NCBI RefSeq assembly: GCF_004010195.1
Contig: NC_057719.1
Coordinates: forward strand, 51,590,920 to 51,654,919
Source of the DNA: Chiloscyllium plagiosum
Taxonomy: Eukaryota
DNA: 64,000 bases
Direction: 5' to 3'
Part shown: in pieces, positions 24,899-38,149 of the stretch
How positions within the stretch are numbered: the stretch's first letter is position 1
Layout: each line of letters opens with the position of its first letter
Made by a program: the position numbers and the translations under genes
The notes under the pieces: generated by a model
What the model saw: only the letters and a program-made list of their open reading frames with translations
Database searches by the model: none
Told to the model about the DNA's origin: nothing

Positions 24899-26545
24899 TG
24901 GAAAATGATATGGAAGATCTAGGCTGTAGGGAAATAGATGGTGACATCTTGCAAAATGTCCAGATTACAGAGGAGGAAGTATTGGATGTCTTGAAATGGG
25001 TAAAGGTGGATAAATCCCCAGGACCTGATCAGGTGTACCTAGAACTCTGTGGGAAGCTAGAGAACTGATTGCTGGGCCTCTTGCTTAGATATTTGTATCA
25101 TCCATAGTCACCGGTGAGGTGCCGGAAGACTGGAGTTGGCTAACGTGGTGCCACTGTTTAAGAACGGTGGTAAGGACAAGCCAGGGAACTATAGACCAGT
25201 GAGCCTGACGTCGGTGGTGGGCAAGTTTGTTGGAGGGAATTCTGAGGGACAGGATGTACATGTATTTGGAAAGGCAAGGACTGATTAGGGATAGTCAACA
25301 TGGCTTTATGCGTGGGAAATCATGTCTCACAAACTTGATTGAGTTTTCTGAGGAAGTAATAACAAAGAGGATTGAGAGCAGAGCGGTAGCTGTGATCTAT
25401 ATGGACTTCAGTAAGGCGTTTGACAAGGAAGACTGATTAGCAAGGTTAGATCTCATGGAATACAGGGAGAGCTAGCAATTTGGATACAGAACTGGCTTGA
25501 AGGTGATGATGGAGGATTGTTTTTCAGACTGGAGGCCTGTGACCAGTGGAGTGCCACTACTTTATATCATTTACATAAATGATTTGAATGCGAGCATAAG
25601 AGGTACAGTTAGTAAGTTTGCAGATGACACCAAAATTGGAGTTGTAGTGGACAGCGAAGAGGGTTGCCTCAGATTATAACAGGATCTGGGCCAGATGGGC
25701 CAATGGGCAGGGAAGTGGCAGATGGAGTTTAATTCAGATAAATGTGAGTTACTGCATTTTGGGAAAACAAATCTTAGCAGGACTTATACACTTAATGGTA
25801 AGGTCCTAGGGAGTTTTGCTGAACAAAGCAACCTTGGAGTGCAGGTTCATAGCCCCTTGAAAGTGGAGTCGCAGGTAGATAGGATAGTGAAGATGGCGTT
25901 TGGCACGTTTTCCTTTATTGGTCAGAGTATTGAGTACAGGAGTTGGGAGGTCATGTTGTGGCTGTTCAGGACATTGGTTAGGCCACTTTTGGAATTTTGC
26001 GTGCAATTCTGGTCTCCTTCCTATCGGAAAGATGTTGTGAAACTTGAAAGGGTTCAGGAAAGATTTACAATGATTTTGCCAGAGTTAGAGGATTTGAGCT
26101 ATAGGGAGAGGCTGAACAGGCTGGGCTGTTTTCCCTCGCGCGCCGGTGGCTGAGGGATGACCTTTATAGAGGTTTACAAAATTGAGGGGTATGGATAGGG
26201 TAAATAGGCAAAGTCTTTTCCCTGGGGTTGGGGAGTCCAGAACTAGAGGGCATAGGTTTAGGGTGAGAGGGGAAAGATATAAAAGAGACCTCGGGCAACG
26301 TTTTCACGCAGAGGGTAGTACGTGTATGGAATGAGCTGCCAGAGGGAAGTGGTGGAGGTTGGTACAATTGCAACATTTAAGAGGCATTTGGATGGGTACA
26401 TGAATAGGAAGGGTTTGGAGGGAGATGGGCTGGGTGTTGGCAGATGGGACGAGATTGGGTTGGGATATCTGGTCGGCATGGCCTGATTGGACCGAAGGGT
26501 CTGTTTCTATGCTGTACATCTCTATGGCGCTCTATGGCTCTCTGT
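24899..26545 (+). mobile_element. CR1 (HER1-like) LINE, 5'-truncated, nested in the 3' UTR of the previous copy
   Basis: SQHGFMRGKSCLTNL, YMDFSKAFDK, FADDTK; CTCTATG-repeat tail. Confidence 0.9.
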
Positions 26546-26919
26546 GATCAACATGGATGGGTTGGACCGAAGGGTCTATTACTGTACTGTATATCTGTGA
26601 CTCTATAGTCTTGAACAAAACTACTATCTAACTTAATGATCTAACTAATATAGTGGTGCGCATATATGCTTTGTTGCCATGGAATGTAATTTTTCAAAAC
26701 CTCTTTCTGTATAGGGATGAATACAAATATTTAATTTTTGTCAGGCACTTCTCAAAATTTGCAGTTTAGGGACTGAAATATATTGATCTATTGTATTGAC
26801 AGGATGCCAAATATTGTATTTTGTCAATTTGATGAAATTTAATACCATTTTAAATGGAACCAACATTTGCTGAATTGGTAAATTAACTCCTTGTATCCAG
26901 TGCAGTTTATTTTTAAACT

Positions 26920-27220
26920 GGTGGCATGGTGGCTCAGTGGTTAGCACTGCTGCCTCACAGCACCAGGGTTCCAGGTTCAATTCCAGCCTCGGGTGACTGT
27001 GTGGTGTTTGTACATTCTCCGTGGGTTTGCTCTGGTTTCCTCCCCCAGTCCAAAAATGTGCGGGTCAGGTGAATTGGCCATGCTAAATTGCCCATAGTGT
27101 TAGGTGCATTAGTCAGAGGAAGGGGTAAATGTAGGGGTATGGGTGGGTTGCGCTTCGGCGGGGCGATGTGGACTTGTTGGGCTGAAGGGCCTGTTTCCAC
27201 ACTGTAAAGTAATCTAATCT
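26920..27220 (+). mobile_element. HE1-type SINE
   Basis: A box TGGCTCAGTGG, B box GGTTCAATTCC, AATCT tail. Confidence 0.9.
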
Positions 27221-28039
27221 AAAAAAAAAATGGTGACCAGAACTCAAGGCCACAAAATTGTCATACTGTGCTCGTGGGGAATTTTCAATATATATTATTA
27301 CCTGTGTGCTACTTTGCAAATCTAGTATCAAGATGAAGAACTATACTGTATTCTGTTGACCATGTTATGTTTCATACCAACAAAACTATGAAATAGCTCT
27401 GAATTATACTAGAATTGGCCACTACCAATTGAAATACTTTTATTAATGCTAGATTTTATAAAAGCATTACTGAGTTTGTGTGCTTCACACAGCAGAGTCT
27501 GTGTCTTATCTTATGGAACATGGATAAAAACAGGAACCCTGGAGAGAACTGAATGCCTCTGGCTGTCACTCACTCACGTATCCTGCACTCTGACACCCCT
27601 GACGTCATCTGTGTTACTAACCTGGAGAGTCTTTGTGTCATGGCCACATTGAGAAGGTTTCTATGGACCCTAGTTTAAGAACCACAAGTACAATGCTCAG
27701 AACTTTTGCTGTGTCAAAATTTTAAATGTATTTTGTGAAATACGTTCCACAAATAACTTTTTCCCTTTCAGAGGAAAATATTCCCAAATCAACAACTCCA
27801 AGGTGTAAATTCGTATCTTGCTTGAGTTCCTTTCTCCATGCGTGGGTTTAAATACAGATTGAGTAGCAACACTTAGTTAAGTGTTCAGGGAGTTCTGCAT
27901 TTGTATTAGAGTTCTATTAGTATTGAATCATGAGATCCTAGGGGTCAATATTCCATCTGGGCAGTGCAACATACTGTAATTCACCATGCAGGCCACTGAC
28001 AAAATTGCTGTGCGCAATGAATATACACCTTTACATACA

Positions 28040-28730
28040 ACATCAAAAGTCTCTATAGACCTTTTAATGTCATAAAGCATCTCCAAAATACTTGAGAACT
28101 ATTAGACAAATTTTGAAACTGAGACACACAAGGAAATATTAGAACAAATGATCAAAAACCTGGTTCAAGAGTTTAGCTTAAGATCCATTTTGGAGGAAAG
28201 ACTGGGAGAGAAACAAATGTTTCGGGAAGGAAGCCATAGATTACAATCTGGCCTGGTTATAAAGCTGGCAAAGACTAATTTAAAATTAGCATTCAGTGGA
28301 TTGGGGGAAGCCAGTTAAAGTCAGTGAACACTGGCAACTAAAATGCACATAGAGCTTTGCGTGAACTTTTGTTTATGGAGAGCACAGATACCATTTGAGA
28401 AGTCCAATCTCGAGGCAACAAATGTACAGATAAGGGCTTTTTAAATTAGCTGAAACTGGGGGTGAAGTTAGACAATATGGAGGTAAATGTAGACCGCTTT
28501 TGTAATGCACGTATGTGGCTAGAGGATCTTCTCTGCTCAACTCTGACTGGAAGGGTGCTCAAAAGAAGGATGGAGTCATTGGTTGTGAACAGAATTTATT
28601 GCAGGAACAGAATTCATTGCAGGAACTGAATTCAATGGCTTTTATATTCCTAATATTCAGCTTGGGATTTTGGATGAGCAGTCTGACTGTTTTGACATGA
28701 TGGACAGGTCAAGACAGGTGGGAATGATGT
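28040..28730 (-). mobile_element. Old L2-like LINE 3' remnant
   Basis: Similar to 28885-29250; tatag..ccttt....aaa...cc.aa....ctt end resembles the L2 3' end as I recall it. Confidence 0.5.
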
Positions 28731-29255
28731 GGGATTCTACATAGATTCTTGGGGTCTTGAACAAGAATCACCATTTTCTCTTTTTTTTCTAACCAACCAA
28801 TTCTGAGATGTTGTTACACACTTTTCTAAAGCATGTGTGACTTGAATATGGAGTATGGACACTACCATAGTGTCACCAATGTTTTGTTTGTATAGCACCT
28901 TCAACTCAATGAAACTTCTAAAGGTGCTTCACAAGAGCATTATAACACAAAAATGACATGGAGCTGCATATGTAGACATTAAGTCCGATGTCTAACAGCT
29001 TGTTCAAGGATTTATGGAGTGTCTTGAAAAGTCAAGGCAGATGAAAATCTCTCAACACCAGGTTAGATGAAGGAATGGCCACTAACAGTGGAGTAATTAA
29101 AATGGGGGATGAGCAGAGCACCAGAAATAGAGGTGTGCAAATATGAGGATTTGTGTACTTGGAACTGTACTTGGAGAAATATCGTGTGGCTTGAAAACAA
29201 AGATTAAAAATCAAGGTGTTGTTTCATCAGGAACAAATAGGTCACAGTGCAAGGG

Positions 29256-30077
29256 TGTTGTAAAAATGTGGTATAACCTACCTCTTACCCCCAATCTGTT
29301 TTTAAAGGAGTGGTTAAATGAAATGGAATCCTTTCAGCCACTATCATTAACCATTTATTTATCTAACTCCAACAATGAACAAGTTAACAGAATAAATCTC
29401 TTCTAACTACTATCTATTCCCTTACTGAACTAAATTCTAAGAGGTATGCTGTTTCAGTAACGCAGGTCCAATTAATAAAAATCCAGTTTATAAGAACAAT
29501 AAATTAAAACGTAGTCTCTCAAAGTTCACACAGAATGAATCCTCCTGAACTTCTGTACAGCTTCTGTTGCCGTCCTCTTTCTGAAATGCCTTCTCAGTCA
29601 TTTTCTGGTGTTAAGAATATTTACTAATCATGCTCTATACTTTTATAGAGAGTGGAGACTTCTTGAGAGCCTGGTATTTCTTTCTCGGATGGCTGTTCGC
29701 TCTTGCCCCTTCAGAAGGCAGTTGGCTCTCCCTCTGTCCAATTGCCCCTCTGTTATACATCCCCCATGACACGTCAACTTCATATAGTATGTTTGGTTTC
29801 AGGTTGTCAGCACCGTCAGATTTGAATTTAATTGGTTTGTGGTCTCCCAAGTGTCTTTTTAAATTAATTGACTGAATTTAAACTGTGTTTGGTAAAAATG
29901 ATGCTTTGACCTGCTAACTGAATGGCTTTTTGACACATTTGGCAATTTGAGCAGCTACTTATCTACAGACTTTTTAGAAGTCTTTTAAGCATAACAAGCA
30001 CTTTATGTTAGAGGGATCTTGCCATGCTTTCCCATGCTTTTACAATTTTACCATTTTTACACACCAACTTCATAACC
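29256..30077 (-). mobile_element. Probable solo LTR (822 bp)
   Basis: Termini TGTTGTAAA...TTCATAACC; AGGG duplication at 29252-29255 and 30078-30081; TATAAAA on minus at ~29647-29641. Confidence 0.6.
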
Positions 30078-30536
30078 AGGGTGATGGGGATCAGGAATTG
30101 CTGAAACTTAAGGATCAGCTGAGTCTTGAATCACCAACACTGTGGAAGGTAGAATGTTAGAGGCTTGGCAAGAGTACTTTGGACTTGTGGATAGCTGAGA
30201 CCAGAGGTAATAAAGGCATGAATGATGGTTTCAGCATTAGCTGAGCGAAGATGGGAATGAAGTCAAATAATGTTACTAAGGTTGAAATAGGAGATTTTGG
30301 TGATGGTTGAATAGAGTTGTAAGCTTATCTCAGGATGAAATATGACAAAGGTTCAGAGCAGACTGCCAGTACAGCCAACCTATTTTCAACTATGCAACTG
30401 TTGAAGGGCAACAACATGTTTGAAGACTTTGCAGAGAAGAGGGAGTTTGAAGAAAGTAGTGGTGTTGAAGTAGGAAGGGAAGCCATTGTAGGTGGTTTCC
30501 TGAATATGACTGAATAGATGAGAATGGAACCAGGAC

Positions 30537-30554
30537 TGTGTGTGTGTGTGTGTG
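30537..30554. repeat. (TG)n microsatellite
   Basis: Direct reading. Confidence 0.9.
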
Positions 30555-31929
30555 GTTTCACCCAGTTATCTGATGGATTAGATAATACTTCTGTGAAGAG
30601 CAGTGCTGAAGACTGAAGCTAGGTAAAGAATGTTCCAGAAAGTTAATATACCATGGTCACAGTTTCGTAGATCATTTGAACAACATCCCACTTTGGTACT
30701 GTGGCAGGGTTGGAAACCTGATTGGAGGAATTCATAGTGTTCTGGGTTGGCGGATATGCATTTGGAAGATAGCGATTTTGATGGAACACGTAACTAGAAC
30801 CTTCAAGTTATAAATCAATATATAGAAACATGGGGGAAGGAATAGGCCATTTGTCCCCTCTTTTTCAATGTGCTCCAACATTGACTATAGCCGATCTTCT
30901 AATTCTAGTCTTTTCTTGCTCTTCTTCCTGTCAACATGTACTCTTGCTTTATGCTCACAGTTTAGATGGTGCACTTCGGTACTAGTGCTGGCTTATTTGC
31001 ATGTTACAATGGGAGATCTGGTAATTATAATAAAATTTTATTAGTGTTATTTGAATTTGGGTAAGCCAACAACAAACATCTGGAACAAAATGTCAGGTAC
31101 TGCCTGTGTTTGCAGCTTTTCCTGTTGTCATACATACCCGATGATATGATTTCAACTTTTACCAGAGGTGAACCTGTCAAGGTGGTATTATTTTTGGTTT
31201 TAAAAAAATTCTCAGCAGGTAAGTAATGAAGTTTAACTTATCTGTTGATTTTAAAATAGTAAAATGTAAATGATTTTGTAGTTGGGACCTGGTTTGTCAT
31301 TTCTTACTGATATTTGCACTCCTTTGGTATTAACTATGCTAAATTAACTAATCAAGTTGAGCAACATTCTTAACATTGAAAAAATATTCAAAGCTTTTGT
31401 AAACCAAGCACAGTGCTGTGTTATTTACTTGCAGATGAAATTTGATCTGAAAGTTAATGCACTGAAAAACCCTGGAATCCTGCGAATGAATCGGAGTTGC
31501 TTTTTTTTAAAAAATAAAACTGCACAAAACCATCTCAAACATACATGGAGATTTGCACTTTATAAGTTGAAGATACGAATCTTGACAATCTGCTGTCACT
31601 TAATGCTTGCTTTCCTAACAAAATACTACAGTAGTAACCATAATGGTATTTTGTTACATTTAATAGTTACTGAATTCAGAAACCAGTTTCCCCATAAATA
31701 GTATTGCATAAAGTTCCTCTGTACATAGTGTTGGAACATATCAAATATACTTTGTTTAGATTCTTTTGATTTAATTTGACTTGAAACTGAGAAATATTTA
31801 TTTCGTGTCAGTCAGTCATATTCCAGTTTGTCATGGCTTCAACTTTAGTCAAGTAATGCAGGTTAAACTGCATGCCAATCATTTTAATAATGCTCTAATT
31901 TCACATACCCATGAATATTTTGTGATTGG

Positions 31930-33170
31930 GTCATCGACATGTACAGCATGGAAATAGACCCTTCGATCCAACTCATTCATGCCGACCAGATATCCTAAAT
32001 TAATCTAGTCCCATTTGCCTGCATTTGGCCCATATTTCTCTCAAATCCTTCCTATTCGTGTACCCATCCAGATGTCTTTTTAAATGTCGTAATTCTACCA
32101 GCCTCCACTATTTCGTCTTGCAGGTCATTGCATACACAAACCACCCTCTGGGAAAAAGTTGTCCCTTAGGTCCCTTTTTTAAAAAATCTTTCCCCTTTTA
32201 CCTGAAACCTATGCCCTCTAGTTTTGGACTCTCCTATCCTGGGAAAAAGACCATGACTGTTCACCCTATCCATGTTCTTCTTCATTTTATGAACTTCTAT
32301 GAGGTCACCCCTCAGCCTCCGCTCCTGAGGAAAACAGCCCCAGCCTATTCACCCTCTCCCTATAGCTCACACCCTCCAACCCTGGCAATGTCTTTATAAA
32401 TGTCTTCTGAACCCTTTCAAGTTTCACAACATCCTTCCTATTTGCAAGGAGAACAGAATTGAATGCAATATTCCAAAAGTGGCCTAACCAATGTCCTGTA
32501 TAGATGTTAGGCAAATTGACCTTTCTCTATCTTTGTTTTTTGTCCACCCTTGCTGGAGTCTGAATTTATTCCAGTCTTTGGATCTTTCTACAGTTTTAAT
32601 TGAGTGTATTGCCTGCTTTTTGCTTCCCTCCCTTTTTATAAAGGCTGAGTCAAATTTAGTAGTGTTCCAACCCACTGGTACTCCTCTAGAATCCAACAAG
32701 TTTTGAAAAATTACAACCATTACACACCATCAGGGCCAGGGGACTAATCTGCCTTTAACCCCATGAATTCGTCTAATACTACTTTCTTTAGTGATGGTAT
32801 GTAATTCCTCCCCCATATTCTTTCGTATTAATAGGATGTTTTGAAGTACCCTTCACCATAAAGACTGAAACTCCTCTATCCACTTCTTTGTTTTCTGAAA
32901 TTGTCTCCCTCGGTTCATTTTATAAGGGTTGATGTCCACTACGACCTCTTTCTTCCTTTTTCATATATCTAAAGCTTTTATTAATTTTTTTAAATTCCTC
33001 ACTAGTTTCTCCTTGTAGTTTATTTTCCCTGTCTTTATTATGTTTTTAGTCCACCTTTGCAGGAATCTGAATTTATCTCAGTCATTGGGTCTTGCTACAG
33101 ATTTAATTGAGTGTATTCTGCTGACCTCACTTCTTTTTAGGTGTGGGCTTGTGTAGTCTTTGGCATGTTT
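31930..33170 (-). mobile_element. CR1 3' end plus adjoining older CR1 fragments
   Basis: RKDVVKLERVQKTF...RLGLFS on the minus strand. Confidence 0.8.
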
Positions 33171-33207
33171 CTTTTTTTGTTTGAGACAAATTGTTGAATC
33201 TATTATT

Positions 33208-33998
33208 GAGTCAGATGTACAGCATGGAAACGTACCCTTCGGTTCAACTCATCTATGCTGACAGGATATGCTAACCTAATCCAGTCCCATTTGCCAGCAC
33301 CTGGCCCATATTCCTCCAAATCTTTCCTATTCATATACCCATCCAAATGCCTTTTAAATGTTTTGTAATTGTACCAGCCTCCTCCACTTTCTCTGGCAGC
33401 TCATTCCATACATTCACCACCCTCTGGGTGAAAACGTTGCCCCTTTTTAAATCTCTCCCCTGTCGCCCTAAACCTATGCCCTCTAGTTCTGGACTCCCAC
33501 ACCCCAGAGAAAAGACAGTGTTTATCCATGTGTCTCATGATTTTATAAACGTCTATTAAGATCATCCCTCAAAAGCCTCTGACGCTCCAGGGAAAACAGG
33601 CCCCAGCCTGTTAAGCCTCTTCCTATAGTTCAAATCCTCCAACCCTGGCAACATCCTTGTAAATCTCTTCTGAGCCCTTTCAAGTTTCACAAAATCTTTC
33701 CGGTAGGAAGGAGACCAGAATTGCATGCAGTATTCCAAAAGTGGCCTAACCAATGTCCTGTACAGCCGCAACATGACCTCCCAACTCCTAGACTCAATGC
33801 TCTGTCCAATAAAGGAATGCGTATCAAATGCCGTCACTATTCTATCTAACTGTGGCTCCAACATTCAAGGAACTGTGAACCTGTACTCCAAGGTCTCTTT
33901 GTTCAGCAACACTCCCCAGGAACCAACCATTAAATGTATAAGACCTGCTCTGATTTGCCTTTCCAAAATGCAGCACCTCACGTGTATCTAAATTAAAC
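33208..33998 (-). mobile_element. CR1 (HER1-like) 3' fragment
   Basis: LYRTLVRPLLEYCMQFWSPSYRKD. Confidence 0.9.
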
Positions 33999-34349
33999 GC
34001 CAAAGTAATAAATTCTATTTTTATTTCCACACTCTAATATGTTCTTAACCTCTCAGCAATTTACTTCCATTGCCTTTGAAAATGCTTAATCAACGTTCAT
34101 GTCAACAGGAAATGTAAATCTTACAATCTTTGACTTCTTCAGGTGTAAATCTTTTTTCTTCAAATATTGAGTAGTACATTGAAAAGATTTAGAACAATAT
34201 GCAGCATTTGGATTAGTGTGAATGTTGAAATTGGGTTGTATCGATATATTGCAAGAATATAATTAACCTAGAGTTTACTATGGCAAATTTTATAGTTCAT
34301 AACACTAAATATTCATGTGAAATAACGAGCAAAATAGGAGCAAACGTAT

Positions 34350-34581
34350 ACCACTAATCCAGAATCTGATTTCCAGCATCTGCAGTCATTGTTTTTACCT
34401 AGTTGATTTTAACCCTACTGCGAATCCTCTTGCAAGGATGCCTGCCTTGAAGGAGTTTTCCTCCTCTCTACAAGAATCTCAGGCTCTTTATTCCTGATGA
34501 AGGGCTTTTGCCCGAAACGTCGATTTTACTGCTCCTCGGATGCTGCCTGAACTGCTGTGCTCTTCCAGCACCACTAATCCA
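34350..34581 (+). mobile_element. PLE-derived 232-bp unit with 12-bp terminal direct repeat and intact hammerhead motif
   Basis: ACCACTAATCCA at 34350-34361 and 34570-34581. Confidence 0.8.
34494..34521 (+). ncRNA. Minimal hammerhead ribozyme motif, family A
   Basis: Identical core to 9838-9865. Confidence 0.65.
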
Positions 34582-35974
34582 AAGTATGCCAATCAGGCCC
34601 ATTCAGTGATCTGATCATGGCCTTGACCTCCCTTTACTGCCTGTCCCCATAACCCTAGACTTCCAACTGAGTTTTGATCTACAAGAATGATTATCTACAT
34701 TGGTCAACGTATATGCATGATGAAGCTACATATCACCAGCTATAGTAATGATTTGGCCAATGGGGCAGATCTGAAACATACTGCCAAGTCTCTGCCATTG
34801 TTGTTCTGCATCATTAAGAACTATCCTGATATAACTTGCATGCCAACATTTCTCCCTCCACAGGTCAAATGCTTCAGAAAATGTGCATATTTCCAGCCTA
34901 TCATTTTGCATAATTTTAAACACCTGCTGTTGAACTTTAGTATTTAGGAACATTTTCATGAAATGCAGTATACTGGAACCTTTTTTGGGGGAATGTTGAC
35001 GTTATTGGTGTTGATATCCTTTATCTAACTGTCAATATTAGAGTAAAGCATCCTAAATTGTTTTGCACACCCTGTTTTTACCATTTCCTCCATTATTACA
35101 TAAATTCAGCCTCCAGGAAGGCGGTATTAACTTTACTACTTTTGCTTATTGTCATTCCTGTGCCATGGGTATAATGGTACACAAATGTGAGGCACAACTT
35201 GACCTAATCCTATCTGTGTTTGTTTTGCGCAAGAGATCGTGGATTTGTAAAATGATCATGAAGGTTCCCTCGCAATCACTAGTCAGCTGAGAATCACAAG
35301 TTCCTTGAATTTTAAATAATGTGAAACTGACATCTTTACATAGGAACTTGAATTTTCGGCTTTGTAATAAATGCAAAATGTCTAGATACTAAATTATATA
35401 AATTAATTATCTAAATACAGTAGAGCCTGGGTTTAGAAAGGAATTGGATTAATATTTATAAAGATACTTTGAGCTCAGAGTTCACGTTATGGCTCCATGC
35501 AAGCTTGCAAGGATCTAAGAGCTTGTTCAAACATGATTTATGTCTCTTCATATTACTGGAACAGTATATGTCTACCAGTTCTCTAATGCAGATGCATTGG
35601 AATATCATCTTGCCTTATTTTTTCTGTTTTAATGTGCATTACATTGTAAGCAGAGACGGCAAAATAAAACACTTTTCGACACTTTTTTTCTTTAAAGAAA
35701 TAATTTTTACTGCAAGCTAATTGTTACTATGTCTTAAGAGGTTAAATAAAGTTAGTACATGCAGCTCTTCAAGAGATTTGTGCACTTTGAACTGCAACCA
35801 CACAGAATGTTTGTTTTGTTTTAAAAGAAAGTAATTTTCTTTTAAATTATATGGTGGCTACTTCTACAAATTGTCAGCAGTTCTGACCTCTTCATAATGT
35901 TGAATTTTGGAGTATAAAATGTATAAATGTGAACTTTATACTCTCCAAAATTGAGAAGCCATGTACTATTTAAA

Positions 35975-36530
35975 TAGAAGGTAGTGGTACTGGGGGAATT
36001 TGGATGTCCTGGTACACTTAATTGCAGAAAATGACTGTGTAGGTAATAGTGATTAGGAGTGTTGGAATATTATTTAAAGTTGGAATGTTTTACTGTAGAG
36101 GAGTACAGGGGTATTTGCAAGGCCACATCTGGAGCACTGTATATAGTTTTGTATGGGGGCGGAAAAATTGCTTTAGAAATAGTTCAGAGAAGGTTAATTC
36201 AACTTATTCCTGCAGTGATGGGCCTACCTCATGAAGGGTTGAACCAGTTTAACCTGTGTCAGTTGCAGTGTGGAATAAGGGGGGGGGGATTATATTTGAA
36301 ACATGATCTGGAAGGGACTAGATGAGGTGGAAGAAGGATGTTCCCTCTTGTTTGGGGGAAACTGAAGCTAGCAAATATAAATTTAAGAATAAGGTGTTTG
36401 CCTTTGAAGACCAAACAAGAGAATTTCTTTTCTTTTTAAGAGGTGGTGTGTTTGAAACAAGAAGGTAGTGAAGCCTGGATCTTTTATGGATGGTTAGATT
36501 CTGAGGAAGGAAGAGTTCAATGGTTTTTGT
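35975..36530 (+). mobile_element. Old CR1 3' fragment
   Basis: ggccacatctggagcactgt (PHLEHC) and ALEIVQRRLIQLIP. Confidence 0.6.
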
Positions 36531-37275
36531 ATCAAACTTTCACCAAAGACTCAATTTAGTTGTAGATAATTATGAATTGTAATAATTAAACTTGGCCTGC
36601 TGAAAATTTGGAAACTGCTGTCTAACATATTGACTTAGCTGCCACAGCGTAGTGATTGGTGGATATATTATTGATGTGTAAAATTTTGGGCTATTCAGAA
36701 AATCTTTCTATTTCAATCTGATTACTGGACCCATTGTGAACTAATCTTCATCCAAGTATGCATAAATTTGAGAAAGTATACTTGCGTTTATCTAAAAATG
36801 TTTTGGCATGCTATAAGTTGTAGTTGCGAATAGAAGCAGACTGAGCTGTTCCAGTACATGCACATTATGGTATTTACTTGAAAAGGTTTACAGCTAAAGA
36901 TGTTGCTTGACATGTCGAAGTTGTGACAACGCTGGCACTATATTTTCAATTAGTACAATTGATCCTGAAAACAATCCTTGACTACTTTGTGAAAAATAAT
37001 TGCATTACTCAATTATTGCATTAGCTATTAGAAATTCTAGTCCTCAAAAGATTGATTTTTAAAAATGAAATGGTACTAGTTGTTTTTCTTAAATGAAATG
37101 AACAAGTAGAATGTTTATAATGTAGGTCGGAGAAAAACTAACTTGGGTCAACCATGTTGAATATTTAAAACCAGTGCATGTGAATTTTGACTTGCCACTT
37201 CTTTACTAATGTAATTATCTCTTTTCAGTTCTGCAGGCACCATTTGCTGTGACAAGTAAATAAAGAAATATGAAC

Positions 37276-37458
37276 ATGGCCCCTCGAAAAAGAAGTAGTC
37301 GGGGTCTTTCCTTCATATTCTGCTGCTTTCGAGGGAGTGACCACCCAGAAATCACATACAGACTGAGAAATGACAACAATTTTGCATTGCAGACAATGGA
37401 GCCGGCATTGCCCATGCCTCCAATTGAAGAACTGGATATCATGTTCACTGAACTTGTG
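37276..37458 (+). CDS. DAAM1: Dishevelled-associated activator of morphogenesis 1 (formin), first coding exon, 61 codons; exon begins at 37229 or 37237
   Basis: [61 protein letters not shown] closely matches the vertebrate DAAM1 N-terminus as I recall it; branch-like TACTAAT 37204-37210, acceptors ending 37228 and 37236, phase-0 donor GTATGT at 37459; in-frame TAA at 37261. Confidence 0.95.
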
Positions 37459-38149
37459 GTATGTATGTAGTCTCCATAACCATCTAACATGAATCTTTGT
37501 TTTAAGATGCACATCAATGTGACTTAGGCCAGTTCCGGAGAATTGCTAATTGTGAAATCTTGTTGCAAAAGAATGAAGATTTGCATAAAAGAGGAATAAT
37601 TGTTTGACCAGAAGTAAATAATGCATGTGTTTGTGTCATCCTCTTGTAACAGTGAAGTAACTTTGCCAAAGTAGTAATCCTATCTGAGATGTTAAAATAG
37701 CTTCTTGACAGAGAGAAGTAAAAGTTGAGGTCATGCTTAACTACCACCCTCTCTCCTTTCATCCCTTTTTATTGAGTAAGACTTGTGCACAAGTCACTTT
37801 GGCTCTTCTACTTGGGATGCGATGGAACGGGATGTGATGAGTGATAGTAAAGGAAGAAATGTTGAGGGGGGGGAGGAGGAGAGCTTATCAGCTTGTATAT
37901 CATTATGTATGAAATTTATACAAATACTATTTTGTACAAAATGCATTTTATTCTTTTGTGTATGAGTACCTCTGGCAATCCTAGTATTTGTTACCTATTT
38001 ATTAATAAATATTCATTATTCTGCCTCTTTCTCCTCCTCTGCTGCCACCTCCATCTTTCCTTTTCTATATCACAGCCATTGCCTTTCCTTTTCTCCTCTG
38101 CTGCCTCCTCAGTCTTCCCTTTTCTCCTCCTTGCACCTTGTGCACTGAT

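Larger units (their letters stand above)
28885..30780 (-). mobile_element. Old L2-like LINE remnant interrupted by a solo LTR
   Basis: tgtatagcaccttcaac...aaggtgcttcacaagagc end; sequence resumes after 30077. Confidence 0.5.

Noticed and set aside
28591..28638. 18-bp unit repeated about 2.5 times (also a ~21-bp duplication near 16772-16813)
   Set aside because: Local slippage duplications with no spacers; not CRISPR-like
37276..37458. Assignment to DAAM2 or another formin
   Set aside because: [32 protein letters not shown] matches DAAM1 as I recall it much better than DAAM2
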